Source of the DNA: Aurantibacter sp.
GTDB taxonomy: Bacteria > Bacteroidota > Bacteroidia > Flavobacteriales > Flavobacteriaceae
Length of the DNA: 64,000 nucleotides
NCBI RefSeq assembly: GCF_039941195.1
Contig: NZ_JBDVFA010000098.1
Coordinates: 99,775-163,774, forward strand
Reading direction: 5' to 3'
Shown here piece by piece: positions 29,452-40,097 of the stretch (positions within the stretch are counted from its first letter, which is position 1; each line of letters begins with the position of its first letter). Made by a program: the position numbers and the translations under genes. The notes below the pieces were generated by a model. The model saw nothing but the letters and a program-made list of their open reading frames with translations, searched no databases and had not been told where the DNA came from.

Positions 29452-31260
29452 TTAGAGAATATGCTCTTTCATTTTATTCCAAGTAATAATCAATAAAACT
29501 CCAGAGACAATAGCGGCAACTGAGAGTATTATGGCGTCAGTAGTTCGGCCATAAATCCAATAACCAGTTGCAAACATCATAGAATAAACCAATACAACAC
29601 CTAATAACATAGCCGTTATACCTGATGGCACACTCCATTTTTCACCTTTATCAATTACCACATTATCCACTTTCGCCTCATCAACTACTTTTTGCCAACC
29701 AGGCCCGCCCGGTTGTATTTTTTTATAAAATGAACGAAGCACTTCATCCGATTCAGGTTTAGTTGCATATGTGGCAATTAACCAAACGGTAGTTGTAACT
29801 ATCATAACAAAAGGAATCTCACCCCAATCTGGAAATATGCCAGTATCTGTTGCAAATAAAAATGCACCAAAAGATGTTGCTTTTAATAATATGGACAAAA
29901 TACCTGAGGCGAACATCGCAGAAATTTCGGTCCATGCATTAATTCGCCACCAAAACCAACGTAGAATAAATATTAATCCCGTACCGGCTCCAAATAGCAA
30001 CAACAATTCGAAAATTTGTTGAGCATTTTGCATGGCCAAAGCTAAAAATGCACTTAAAACCATTAAAACAACTGTAGAAATCCTACCTACCGCCACTAAT
30101 TGTTTTTCTGTTGCATCAGGGTTTACTTGTTGTTTATAGAAATCAAAAACAATATAAGATGATCCCCAGTTCAATTGTGTAGAAATCGTACTCATATATG
30201 CAGCTACAAGCGAAGCTAAGACTAAACCTAGTAGTCCACTAGGTAATTTAGTTAACATTGCGGAATAGGCTAAATCATGTCCTAATTTATCTGCGGGTAC
30301 ATTTGGAAACGCTTCTGATATACTTGCTATATCTGGATAAACTACTAACGATGCCAAAGCAACTAATATCCACGGCCATGGGCGCAATGCATAATGCATA
30401 ATATTAAAAAAGAATGTCGCACCAATAGCATGGTTCTCGTCTTTCGCCGCCAACATTCGTTGAGCTATGTAACCTCCTCCTCCTGGCTCACCACCTGGAT
30501 ACCAAGAACTCCACCATTGAACAGCCAATGGAATGATAAGCAATGTAATCACCATTTTTGTGTCACTAAAATCAGGCAAAATATCCATTTTAGAGGCAAC
30601 TAAGTCATTTGCCATCATTGCATTTATTCCCCCAACTTCAGGAATATTTACTAAATAATATGCGGCGCCAATAGCTCCAGACATTGCAACAAAAAATAAT
30701 AAAAAATCGGTATACACTACACCCTTAAAACCTCCTAAGGCACTAAAGACAACAGTAATCAGACCCGCACCTATAACTGTTTGCCAATCTTCAAGACCAA
30801 GCATTATACCTCCTATTTTAATAGCGGCTAATGTCACAGCTGACATGGTAATCACATTAAAAACAACGCCTAAATAAATTGCTCTAAATTTTCTTAAAAA
30901 ACTAGCTGGCTTACCACCATAACGCAATTCATAAAACTCCAAATCCGTTTTCACATTAGATTTACGCCATAATTTAGCATATACAAATACGGTAAGCATT
31001 CCTGTTAATAAAAAACACCACCAACCCCAGTTTCCAGAAACACCCTTATCTCTAACAAAGTCTGTTACTAAATTAGGCGTATCGGTTGAAAATGTAGTCG
31101 CCACCATTGATAAACCCAACAACCACCATGGCATTGTTCTACCAGATAGAAAAAATTCATTTGAATCTTTACCAGATTTTTTAGAGACATAAATTCCGAT
31201 TCCTAAGACAAGAGAAAAGAATATTATAATAAAACTGTAATCGAGTGTACTTAATTCCAT
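29452..31260 (-). CDS. Sodium:solute symporter (SSS/SLC5), probable sugar transporter
   Basis: FFLSGRTMPWW, SMVATTFSTD, YIAQRMLAAK, AAYMSTISTQLNW; many TM segments. Confidence 0.92.
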   Translation of the reverse strand: MELSTLDYSFIIIFFSLVLGIGIYVSKKSGKDSNEFFLSGRTMPWWLLGLSMVATTFSTDTPNLVTDFVRDKGVSGNWGWWCFLLTGMLTVFVYAKLWRKSNVKTDLEFYELRYGGKPASFLRKFRAIYLGVVFNVITMSAVTLAAIKIGGIMLGLEDWQTVIGAGLITVVFSALGGFKGVVYTDFLLFFVAMSGAIGAAYYLVNIPEVGGINAMMANDLVASKMDILPDFSDTKMVITLLIIPLAVQWWSSWYPGGEPGGGGYIAQRMLAAKDENHAIGATFFFNIMHYALRPWPWILVALASLVVYPDIASISEAFPNVPADKLGHDLAYSAMLTKLPSGLLGLVLASLVAAYMSTISTQLNWGSSYIVFDFYKQQVNPDATEKQLVAVGRISTVVLMVLSAFLALAMQNAQQIFELLLLFGAGTGLIFILRWFWWRINAWTEISAMFASGILSILLKATSFGAFLFATDTGIFPDWGEIPFVMIVTTTVWLIATYATKPESDEVLRSFYKKIQPGGPGWQKVVDEAKVDNVVIDKGEKWSVPSGITAMLLGVVLVYSMMFATGYWIYGRTTDAIILSVAAIVSGVLLIITWNKMKEHIL

Positions 31261-31315
31261 AAAGTCGGGTTTTGGTATTCGCTAAAGATATTACTTTTTA
31301 CCATATTTTTGAAGC

Positions 31316-32092
31316 TTGTTAACCAAACCACAACTATTGTATTCATTAATAACGAGTGAAGTTTCTACAACAGCTTGGATATTAGCCTTTACTGCCGCTA
31401 TGGTAGTAGGAATATCTAAATCAGGAATCAAAGGAATTGCAATTATTACAGTCACTTTAATGGCTTTAGCCTTTGGTGCAAAGGAGTCAACAGGGATAAT
31501 AGTGCCACTTTTAATAGTAGGTGATATTTTCGCCGTAATTTATTATAATAGACATACACAATGGAAATACATCATACGTTTTCTTCCTTGGATGATGCTT
31601 GGTGTTCTAATTGGTGTATTCATTGGTAAAGATTTAGACGAAACCACTTTTAAAATTGGCATGGCCATTATTATTTTGGGTAGTGTAATTATGATGTACT
31701 GGTGGGATTCAAAAAAATCTAAGAAAGTCCCTACACATTGGGCTTTCGCAGGTTTTATGGGAATTATGGCTGGCATAACAACTATGATAGGTAATCTTGC
31801 TGGTGCCTTTGCTAATATATTTTTCCTAGCAATGCGTTTACCTAAAAATGAATTTATAGGAACTGCAGCATGGCTGTTCTTTATTATAAATGTTTTTAAG
31901 CTTCCCTTTCATATATGGGCATGGGGCACCATAACCAAAGAAAGTTTTATTCTCGATTTAAAACTTATCCCGGCCATATTTGTAGGACTATTTGTAGGCA
32001 TACAATTGGTTAAAATTATCAAAGAAAGTTTCTACAGAAAAATGATTCTTATTCTTACTGCAATAGGGGCTTTGCTAATATTCTTTAGATAA
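31316..32092 (+). CDS. Sulfite exporter TauE/SafE family membrane protein
   Basis: VGISKSGIKG, LLIVGDIFAVIYY, GITTMIGNLAG, LPKNEFIGTAAW. Start may be the TTG at 31337, because a TATTTTTG -7-like element lies at 31304-31311. Confidence 0.85.
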   Translation: MLTKPQLLYSLITSEVSTTAWILAFTAAMVVGISKSGIKGIAIITVTLMALAFGAKESTGIIVPLLIVGDIFAVIYYNRHTQWKYIIRFLPWMMLGVLIGVFIGKDLDETTFKIGMAIIILGSVIMMYWWDSKKSKKVPTHWAFAGFMGIMAGITTMIGNLAGAFANIFFLAMRLPKNEFIGTAAWLFFIINVFKLPFHIWAWGTITKESFILDLKLIPAIFVGLFVGIQLVKIIKESFYRKMILILTAIGALLIFFR

Positions 32093-32149
32093 TACACATC
32101 CAAAAAATATGATTAGTTTTAAGCTAATGCAACAAGAACATTAGCAATC

Positions 32150-33532
32150 ATGAAAAACAATATCATTTACTCCATATCATTTTTTGCAATCATAATAGCA
32201 TTAAATTCCTGTAATCAGAAAGAACATAGTAAAACGATAACAACAGATCCTATTCTATCTGAAGTAGAAATTGAATTAGAAAATCTAACTAATGTTTGGT
32301 ATCCAAAATCTATTGATACAGTGAATGGTGGTTTTTGGTCCGATTTTAATTATAAATGGGATAAAGAAGGAGCTCAAAATAAAATGATAGTTAGTCAAGC
32401 ACGCCATATTTGGACTACATCGGTTTTGGCTGAACATTATAAGGATAAAAAATATGAAAAGATTGCGAAACATGGATATCATTTCTTACGAGACAAAATG
32501 TGGGATTCTATTAATGGCGGTTTTCATACTTTAGTAGGTTTTGTAGGTGATGGACTAAAAGTGATTTCAAAAAATAAAAGCACTTACGGCAACGCTTTCG
32601 CCATATATGGTCTCGCCACTTACTACAAGGTTTCAGACGACACAGCTGCATTAGATTTAGCGAAAAAAACATTTTCGTGGATAGAAGAACATGCACATGA
32701 TTCTATTTACAAAGGATATTTTGATGTTTTACAACAAGATGGTTCATGGATGCTGGACATTACTGAAGATAAAGGTTATGATAATTTTAAACGAAAAGAC
32801 TGGAAAGATCAAAATTCATCAATTCATCTTTTGGAATGCCTATCAGCTCTTTATGAAGTGTGGCCCAATGATTTAGTACGAGAGCGATTAGAAGAACTGT
32901 TAATATTAATTCGTGATACTATAACAACCGAAAAAGGTTATTTAACCTTACACCTTCATCGCGATTGGTCTCCGGTCACCTTTAAAGATTCTTCCGCTAT
33001 ATATCAAAAACAAAATTTTGGCCTAGACCATGTCTCCTTTGGTCATGATGTTGAAACAGCGTTTCTAATGCTTGAAGCCTCTCATATTCTAGGTAGAAAA
33101 AAGGACACCCTAACCGAGTTGAAAGCGAAACAAATGGTGGATCATGGTATCGCGAAAGGTTGGGATAATAAAGAAGGAGGCTTTTATGACGGAGGCTTTT
33201 ATTACACTCAAGACACCTGCACAGTGGTGAAAGAAGCTAAAGTTTGGTGGACTGAAGCTGAAGGACTTAATTCACTTTTACTGATGTCGAAGTTATACCC
33301 AAATAATCCAGAGTATTATAACTTGTTTCAAAAACAATGGCAGTATATCAAAAAAAATATGATTGACCACAAATACCACGGATGGTATGCCGAAGGAATG
33401 GATACTGATTCGCAAGCAGATAAAAAAGTAAAAGCGCAAATTTGGAAAGTTAATTACCACAATATTAGGTCCTTAATTAATGTTACCCAGATGCTAAAAG
33501 GAGAATTCATTCTTACTAAAGAACTACATTAG
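32150..33532 (+). CDS. AGE/cellobiose 2-epimerase family protein with lipoprotein signal
   Basis: QARHIW, YGNAFAIYGLA, QNSSIHLLE, SFGHDVE, WWTEAEG, WKVNYHN (catalytic His motifs); lipobox ALNSC at residue 21. Confidence 0.88.
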   Translation: MKNNIIYSISFFAIIIALNSCNQKEHSKTITTDPILSEVEIELENLTNVWYPKSIDTVNGGFWSDFNYKWDKEGAQNKMIVSQARHIWTTSVLAEHYKDKKYEKIAKHGYHFLRDKMWDSINGGFHTLVGFVGDGLKVISKNKSTYGNAFAIYGLATYYKVSDDTAALDLAKKTFSWIEEHAHDSIYKGYFDVLQQDGSWMLDITEDKGYDNFKRKDWKDQNSSIHLLECLSALYEVWPNDLVRERLEELLILIRDTITTEKGYLTLHLHRDWSPVTFKDSSAIYQKQNFGLDHVSFGHDVETAFLMLEASHILGRKKDTLTELKAKQMVDHGIAKGWDNKEGGFYDGGFYYTQDTCTVVKEAKVWWTEAEGLNSLLLMSKLYPNNPEYYNLFQKQWQYIKKNMIDHKYHGWYAEGMDTDSQADKKVKAQIWKVNYHNIRSLINVTQMLKGEFILTKELH

Positions 33533-33689
33533 AAGAAGTTTTTATAAATGCTTAACATTTATGATTCTCTAAAACAAGAGCAATTCCCTTATATTTATGG
33601 AACCTTAGAACATCTGTAAAATTTTATACCCCGTATATAATCACAGGTTGTTTACAATACTAAACCCAAGTTTGAAGCGTTCGCTATTT

Positions 33690-36266
33690 ATGAGATTTCT
33701 GTTAGGAATAGTTGTGGTTTTTTGTCTGGTAACTTCTTGCCAGTCAGTTAATTTATTTAAGAAAGAAGCTAAAAAAGAAACCAACAAAACAAAAGTAGTA
33801 TCAAATGCCAAGGCATATGACCTACTTATATCAAATGATGCCGTTTCTACAAAGGGGCTTTTTGATGTTCATATAGTAAAACAGAAATACTATTTTGAAA
33901 TTCCAGAAGATTTATTAAATCGTGAAATTTTAGTAGTTACTCGTTTTATTAAAACTCCATCTGGCGCGGCTAGTTATGGAGGGGAAAAAATAGGTGAAAA
34001 TACTATTGTATTTGAAAAGGGACCTAATAACAATATCTTTTTGCGTATAGCTACTTTAGTTAGTTCTGCCAATGAAGACGATGCTATTTCGAAAGCAGTA
34101 AACAATTCTAACATTACTCCAATATTAGAATCATTTGATATTAAAGCGGATAATGAAAAGAAAAAATCTTTTGTAATTGATGTTACAAAATTCATCAACA
34201 GTGAAAATCCATTACTAGCTTTAAGCAGTTCCCAAAAAGATGTTTATAAATTATCTTCTTTAGAAAGTGATAAGTCTTATATAAAAGAGATTAGCACATT
34301 TCCAATGAATACAGAAATACGTGCTGTTAAAACGTATAAAGCAAAGTCTGTAATTAAAAAAAGGAAAAAAGAATTACCTGCTGCCATATTAGCCGGCGTT
34401 GTTACACTTGAAATAAACAACTCATTTATTCTACTACCAAAAGAACCTATGCGTAAACGTTATTATGATACTAGGGTTGGCTATTTTGCCAGTTCTTATT
34501 TAGAGTATGGTGATGACCAGCAGAAGGTTGATCGAAATACCTATATTCATCGATGGCGATTAGAACCTAAAGAGGAAGACATTGAAAAATGGAAAAATGG
34601 TGAATTAGTAGAACCAAAAAAACAAATCGTCTATTATATTGATCCAGCTACTCCAAAAAAATGGAGGCCTTACCTAATAAAAGGAATAAATGACTGGCAA
34701 GTAGCTTTTGAACAAGCTGGTTTTAAAAATGCAATTGTAGGTAAAGAATGGCCAGAGAACGACCCTAACATGAGTTTAGAAGATGCTCGATTTTCGGTTT
34801 TACGTTACTTCGCATCGCCTTCAAAAAATGCCTACGGCCCAAATATTGTTGACCCGAGAAGCGGTGAAATTTTAGAAAGTCATATAGGTTGGTATCACAA
34901 TTTAATGAGTCTTTTACACAGTTGGTATATGATACAAGCCGGCGCAGTAGATGAGCGAGCTCAACACATGGAGTTTGACACAGAATTAATGGGTGATCTT
35001 ATTCGTTTTGTTTGCGCACATGAAGTAGGGCACACATTGGGCTTAAGACATAACATGGGTGCCAGTTTTGCCACTCCTGTTGAAAATTTACGTGATGCTG
35101 AATGGTTAGAAAAAAATGGCCATACTAGTTCAATTATGGATTATGCTCGTTTTAATTATGTAGCTCAGCCCGAAGATAATATTCCTGTAAAAAATTTAAT
35201 GCCAAGAATAGGCGATTATGACAAATGGGCCATACAGTGGGGATATTCTAAGCTTCCTGATGATCTAGACCTTTCAGACGAGAAAGAACTGATGAGCCAA
35301 ATGGTCACCGACAGTATTGCTGCAAATAAAAGACTATGGTTTGGAGGTGAAGGCAGAGATTTTGATCCACGTTCACAAACCGAAGATTTGGGTGATGATG
35401 CAATGATTGCTAGTAATTACGGTATTTTAAATCTACAGCGAATTGCACCATGTGTTCGCGAATGGGTAAAAGATCGCAATAGTGATGATTATTCTAACCT
35501 AGATGAAATTTACAAAGCATTAGTGAACCAATACAGCGATTATATTTTTCATGTTACTAAAAACATTGGTGGTATTTATGTAACACCAAAGACGATGAGT
35601 GAAGAAGGTGAAATTTATCAATTGGTACCAAAACAAACTCAACAACAGGCCTTAGCATTTTTAAACAACCATATTTTTAAAGAACCTAAATGGTTGTTAA
35701 GAAATGATATTTTAAATGCTATACAGTCACCACAATCAAAAGAGTCGGTTACGCAAACTATGGAAAGTGTAATGATGAATTTGTTAGGCGGAAGTCGCTT
35801 AAGTAGAATGACATTTATTGCCGAACGATATGAGAATGAAAATCCATATCGCCCAGAAGAATATATTGATGATTTAACACAACTCGTTTGGGGCGAAATG
35901 AATGTTTTTTACCAAACCAATGCCTATAAAAGGAAGTTACAAAAAGCTTATGTTGCGAATATGATTAACCTATACAAACCCGAAGAGGCAGATGGTATGG
36001 TTGAAGGTATTCTAGCTAAATTATCTGAGGGGTATACCTCTAATACAGATGTTCGTTCATTAGCTTTAAATAATCTATTATCACTTCAAAATAATATTAA
36101 AAGAACGCTTCCTGTAATGACAGACCGTTTAACCATTGCACATTTACAATATTTAAAACGAGAAATTGAAGATGTTGTAGGTGATACTGACGATGCTAGA
36201 CCTTTATTTATTCCTGTTATTAGAGACAATACGATTCAAAGTGACGCCGACGAAAACAACAAATAA
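33690..36266 (+). CDS. Zinc-dependent metalloprotease lipoprotein (EcxA / DUF5117-DUF4953 type)
   Basis: HEVGHTLGLRHN zincin motif, Met-turn SSIMDY, lipobox VTSC. ATG at 33690 preferred over the TTG at 33648. Confidence 0.9.
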   Translation: MRFLLGIVVVFCLVTSCQSVNLFKKEAKKETNKTKVVSNAKAYDLLISNDAVSTKGLFDVHIVKQKYYFEIPEDLLNREILVVTRFIKTPSGAASYGGEKIGENTIVFEKGPNNNIFLRIATLVSSANEDDAISKAVNNSNITPILESFDIKADNEKKKSFVIDVTKFINSENPLLALSSSQKDVYKLSSLESDKSYIKEISTFPMNTEIRAVKTYKAKSVIKKRKKELPAAILAGVVTLEINNSFILLPKEPMRKRYYDTRVGYFASSYLEYGDDQQKVDRNTYIHRWRLEPKEEDIEKWKNGELVEPKKQIVYYIDPATPKKWRPYLIKGINDWQVAFEQAGFKNAIVGKEWPENDPNMSLEDARFSVLRYFASPSKNAYGPNIVDPRSGEILESHIGWYHNLMSLLHSWYMIQAGAVDERAQHMEFDTELMGDLIRFVCAHEVGHTLGLRHNMGASFATPVENLRDAEWLEKNGHTSSIMDYARFNYVAQPEDNIPVKNLMPRIGDYDKWAIQWGYSKLPDDLDLSDEKELMSQMVTDSIAANKRLWFGGEGRDFDPRSQTEDLGDDAMIASNYGILNLQRIAPCVREWVKDRNSDDYSNLDEIYKALVNQYSDYIFHVTKNIGGIYVTPKTMSEEGEIYQLVPKQTQQQALAFLNNHIFKEPKWLLRNDILNAIQSPQSKESVTQTMESVMMNLLGGSRLSRMTFIAERYENENPYRPEEYIDDLTQLVWGEMNVFYQTNAYKRKLQKAYVANMINLYKPEEADGMVEGILAKLSEGYTSNTDVRSLALNNLLSLQNNIKRTLPVMTDRLTIAHLQYLKREIEDVVGDTDDARPLFIPVIRDNTIQSDADENNK

Positions 36267-36290
36267 TTAGTTTATATAATTTATTTTGTT

Positions 36291-37517
36291 CTACTGTTTT
36301 TTCACATTAGGATATATATCAATTAAATGAGTTCGGATATAAAAAGATGTTTCTTCACTATCCTTTTCCGATAATTGAACGGTCATAGAGTTTGATGCGT
36401 TTAAAGGCATATGACAAGCAATACAATTATTATTCATTTTGCCAATTTCCGCGTCTGAAGCATTACAATCAAGCTTTTCATTAATATGACAAGCAATGCA
36501 TTTTAAATTAAAAATTTCAGATTTTCCTCGTTCATTACTATGTGAATTATGACAAGTATTACAGTCCAAATGTTCACTTTTTTTAAAACATTCACTTTCT
36601 ATCAATAAGCCATATTGATTACCATGTACATCCAAAATTTCATCTTTAGATAATGGGCGCGCATTTCGGGAATAATCGGATAATTTTTCACCAGTAACAA
36701 ACGAGAACGAATCACCTTTAAGTATTAATTCTCGCTTACCTGAATGACATTGAGCACAAACATCTAATCGCTGTTGTCTTGAAAGTGATTGAATATCAAT
36801 CATAAATTGAGCTTCTTTAACATCGGGATTTTCATTATGAAATGCTACATGTTTTGCAGCCGTATTATGACACCGTTCGCAATCAATTCCATAAATTATT
36901 TGATCTCTATTAAATAGATTCCCAGAAGTATTTTCATCAAGACCTTTGGCAAATGTAGTATGGCATTTTAAGCAAGCATCACGCAGAGGTCTAGGGTCAT
37001 CGTAATAATTTGGATATCCTGGGCTAAGCACCCAACTATTTGAAGGCGTGTAATATGATGTCTGTAACTGAAAAAGTGCACTTTCTTTCCATGTTCCATA
37101 TGATTGTCCTCGTACTCCAGAACCTATTACAACATCAAGTTTTTCGGGTGCAATCTCTGTAGATCTATTTTTTATCCTAGTGTTTTGATAAAACAAGTTA
37201 TTCTTCGCTTCCATTGTAAACAACACTTGATCCAAATCTAAAACATTTGAATGTTCTAGAAAGCTACCCTTTATATTATTAGAGTTTGCAATTCCAGAAG
37301 TGTTAAAATGAGCAGTCTCAACATGCGTTGTATAAATATCTAAATGACATTGAACACAAGTGTCAGAACCTACAAAATGTTCACCGTTTGTATGCGTTGC
37401 AAGAATTATTGGAGAATAAAATTCCGACTTTTTATTCTTACAATAATAAATTACTGATGCTACCGTAATAGCAACAATTATAAAACCGAGTTTCTTGAAA
37501 AAATTTTTAAGCAACAT
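36291..37517 (-). CDS. Membrane-anchored multiheme c-type cytochrome (7 CXXCH)
   Basis: CVQCH, CLKCH, CERCH, CAQCH, CNTCH, CIACH, CIACH; N-terminal TM or signal segment. Confidence 0.9.
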   Translation of the reverse strand: MLLKNFFKKLGFIIVAITVASVIYYCKNKKSEFYSPIILATHTNGEHFVGSDTCVQCHLDIYTTHVETAHFNTSGIANSNNIKGSFLEHSNVLDLDQVLFTMEAKNNLFYQNTRIKNRSTEIAPEKLDVVIGSGVRGQSYGTWKESALFQLQTSYYTPSNSWVLSPGYPNYYDDPRPLRDACLKCHTTFAKGLDENTSGNLFNRDQIIYGIDCERCHNTAAKHVAFHNENPDVKEAQFMIDIQSLSRQQRLDVCAQCHSGKRELILKGDSFSFVTGEKLSDYSRNARPLSKDEILDVHGNQYGLLIESECFKKSEHLDCNTCHNSHSNERGKSEIFNLKCIACHINEKLDCNASDAEIGKMNNNCIACHMPLNASNSMTVQLSEKDSEETSFYIRTHLIDIYPNVKKQ

Positions 37518-37612
37518 TAATTAGTGCATCTGTCCATGTAGATTTAACAAGTTAATGCAAATTTTGAAATTTAAAAGAGTGACAAATTTTATTCGACCTA
37601 AAGACTAACAAT

Positions 37613-38629
37613 CTAATAATCTTCTTTGTAAGTTTCCATAGTAAAAAGTTCTGGTTCACCACCTCTATTTCCGCAACCAGAAGCAATATACAAAGCACCA
37701 TTATATTCTAATAAACCTGTCCCATGTCTACCTTCATTTAAAAAAGCTGAGTTTTCCCATTTCGATGTTTTTAAGTCTAAAGCTTCAACTTCGGAATGTG
37801 CTTTTTCTTGAGCACTAGATTCACCTCCAGCAATTAAAACTTTATCATTGTAAACTATTGCAGCTGTTCCTGCTCTTTCCGTTGGAATATTATTGGTTAA
37901 TGTGGTCCAAGTATCCGATTTTATATCATAAACATCTACTTCTCCAATTGTCCCCGCAAAACCATCTTCTGGAAATTTGCCTGTATTTCTTCCTGCAGCT
38001 AAATATATCTTATCATCAACTTGTACTGCCTGAAAATGATCCCGAGCTCTAGGAGCATCAGATAGCATTTTCCATTCTCCTGATTTTGGATTGTAACTGT
38101 CCATCCAATTCTTATGGTCTCCTATATGACCATTCTTTATTCCACAGGATATATAAATCTTTCCATTATATAATACATTCCCCGTAGAGCCTCTTCTTCT
38201 ATTCTCGGGAATAGTATCACCCTTAGTCCATGAATCGGATTCTGGGTCATAGCTATAAATAAATTCTGTTGGCTTTTCATTCGGATAACCACCAGTTAAA
38301 GCTGAAATAATATAAATTCTATCCTCAAAGACTACAGGTTGAAAATGATGCAGTTCCAAAGGCGGTTTTGAACCTTGAGACCAGAGCATAGTATCTGGAT
38401 TAAAAATACTTACCGGTCGAATACCTCTTCCTCCAAGTAAATAAAACTTATCCTTCACTCTTACAAAAGCAGCTTCGTGGCGTTCAACGGGCTTAGATTC
38501 CATTTTTAGTGTAACCAGGTTCCATTCATTGTTTGGAGTTTCTACTTCACTTACCGCTTTATTTAACTTTTTGGTTTCGTTGCAAGCTATCATAGCAAAA
38601 AAGCATACAAATAAAATACAGTTTTTCAT
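37613..38629 (-). CDS. Kelch-repeat beta-propeller lipoprotein
   Basis: Six Kelch-like repeats (YLLGG, YIISA, YISCG, YLAAG, LIAGG, YIASG, with Y..W spacing); lipobox MIAC. Confidence 0.9.
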   Translation of the reverse strand: MKNCILFVCFFAMIACNETKKLNKAVSEVETPNNEWNLVTLKMESKPVERHEAAFVRVKDKFYLLGGRGIRPVSIFNPDTMLWSQGSKPPLELHHFQPVVFEDRIYIISALTGGYPNEKPTEFIYSYDPESDSWTKGDTIPENRRRGSTGNVLYNGKIYISCGIKNGHIGDHKNWMDSYNPKSGEWKMLSDAPRARDHFQAVQVDDKIYLAAGRNTGKFPEDGFAGTIGEVDVYDIKSDTWTTLTNNIPTERAGTAAIVYNDKVLIAGGESSAQEKAHSEVEALDLKTSKWENSAFLNEGRHGTGLLEYNGALYIASGCGNRGGEPELFTMETYKEDY

Positions 38630-38759
38630 TGTTAAACAATTATAATGTTATGATTCTTAAACATTCGAAGTTAACAATAAAAATCGCTTAGTCTTTTATC
38701 TTAAAATGACTCTGAAAATAGTAACTTTATCAATCATTACAACCAACTAAGAATACATA

Positions 38760-40028
38760 ATGAAAACAACCAAAATCATCAAAAAATTACCACATTACAC
38801 ATCAATTCTTTTCATTGCTGCCATTTTAATTCAATGTAAAAGCGAAACTAAAGAAGTGGCAAAAAAACCTATTAATGACACTTTTTTAAAAACTCCTGAA
38901 GGCTTTTCAGTTGAAGAAATTGGAAAGGAATTAGGAAATGTTCGCCATTTAACTGTTGCTAAAAATGGAGACATTTACGCCAATAGATCAGTGCTAAAAG
39001 ACGGAAATAGCATTCTCCTTTTAAAGGACAATAATCAAGATGGTATTATCGATGAGCAAAAAACATTTTCTGAACTACCAGGAACCGGAATACTAGCTAA
39101 AGATGAATATTTATATACTTCATCTAATTCTGGAGTATACCGCTATAAATTTAACGCAAACAATGAAATTATTGATACCGATAATCCTGAAAAGATAATT
39201 GATGGATTAATAGATATGGGTCGTGATAATGCAAAACCTTTTGCAATTGACAATAACGACAACCTTTATATAACAATAGGTTCTTGGAACGATGCCTGTA
39301 GAGATCAGGAAGGCGAAAAAGGCATGATACCTTGTACGGTTTTAGATTCTGCCGGTGGTATTTGGAAATTTAGTGCAAGCAAACCAAACCAAACCTACGC
39401 TGATGGCTCTAGATATGCTACAGGTCTTAAAAATGCAGTTGGTATAGCCTGGAATTTTAAAACCAATACTTTATTCGCTACAGATCATGGTAGAGGTGGC
39501 TTAAGCAATTATTATCCCGATATATTTTCAGCAAAACAAAATGATGAATTACCAAGTGAAACACTTTACGAGCTCAAAGAAAATGATGATGCAGGCTGGC
39601 CTTCTACCTATTATGACCATCAAAAAAATAAAAGAGTACTAGCTCCAGAATATGGTGGTGATGGTGAAAAAACAAGTGAAGAAAAGTTTATAGAACCACT
39701 CGTTGGTTTTCCGGCACATTTAGGACCTAACGATGTACTATTTTACACAGGAGATATGTTTCCAGAAAAATATAAAAACGGGGTGTTTATTGCATTTCAC
39801 AATCAATCTAAAGAAATAGAAAAAGGTTTTTTTGTAGCATTTGTACCATTTAAGAATGGAAAACCTTCTGGCGAATGGGAAATTTTCTTAGACAATTTTG
39901 CTGGTATCGATCCAACAAAACCAGACGACACGTTAAAACATAGGCCTTGTGGTTTAGCCCAAGGGCCAGATGGTGCTCTTTATGTTGCAGATGATTTTGG
40001 CGGTAGTATTTTTAAAATTACATATTAA
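38760..40028 (+). CDS. PQQ-dependent glucose/sorbosone dehydrogenase-family lipoprotein
   Basis: RHLTVAKNG, YATGLKNAVG, AGWPSTY, FPAHLGP, HRPCGLAQGPDGALYVADD; lipobox LIQC. Confidence 0.85.
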   Translation: MKTTKIIKKLPHYTSILFIAAILIQCKSETKEVAKKPINDTFLKTPEGFSVEEIGKELGNVRHLTVAKNGDIYANRSVLKDGNSILLLKDNNQDGIIDEQKTFSELPGTGILAKDEYLYTSSNSGVYRYKFNANNEIIDTDNPEKIIDGLIDMGRDNAKPFAIDNNDNLYITIGSWNDACRDQEGEKGMIPCTVLDSAGGIWKFSASKPNQTYADGSRYATGLKNAVGIAWNFKTNTLFATDHGRGGLSNYYPDIFSAKQNDELPSETLYELKENDDAGWPSTYYDHQKNKRVLAPEYGGDGEKTSEEKFIEPLVGFPAHLGPNDVLFYTGDMFPEKYKNGVFIAFHNQSKEIEKGFFVAFVPFKNGKPSGEWEIFLDNFAGIDPTKPDDTLKHRPCGLAQGPDGALYVADDFGGSIFKITY

Positions 40029-40049
40029 AAATATCATTTTCAATTTCAC

Positions 40050-40092
40050 ATGATTTCTACTATTTTTTGAATTGAAAAATAGTAGAAATCAT
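40050..40092. terminator. Bidirectional terminator between convergent genes
   Basis: Perfect 18-bp AT-rich inverted repeat ATGATTTCTACTATTTTT / AAAAATAGTAGAAATCAT with a 7-nt loop. Confidence 0.75.
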
Positions 40093-40097
40093 TTTTT

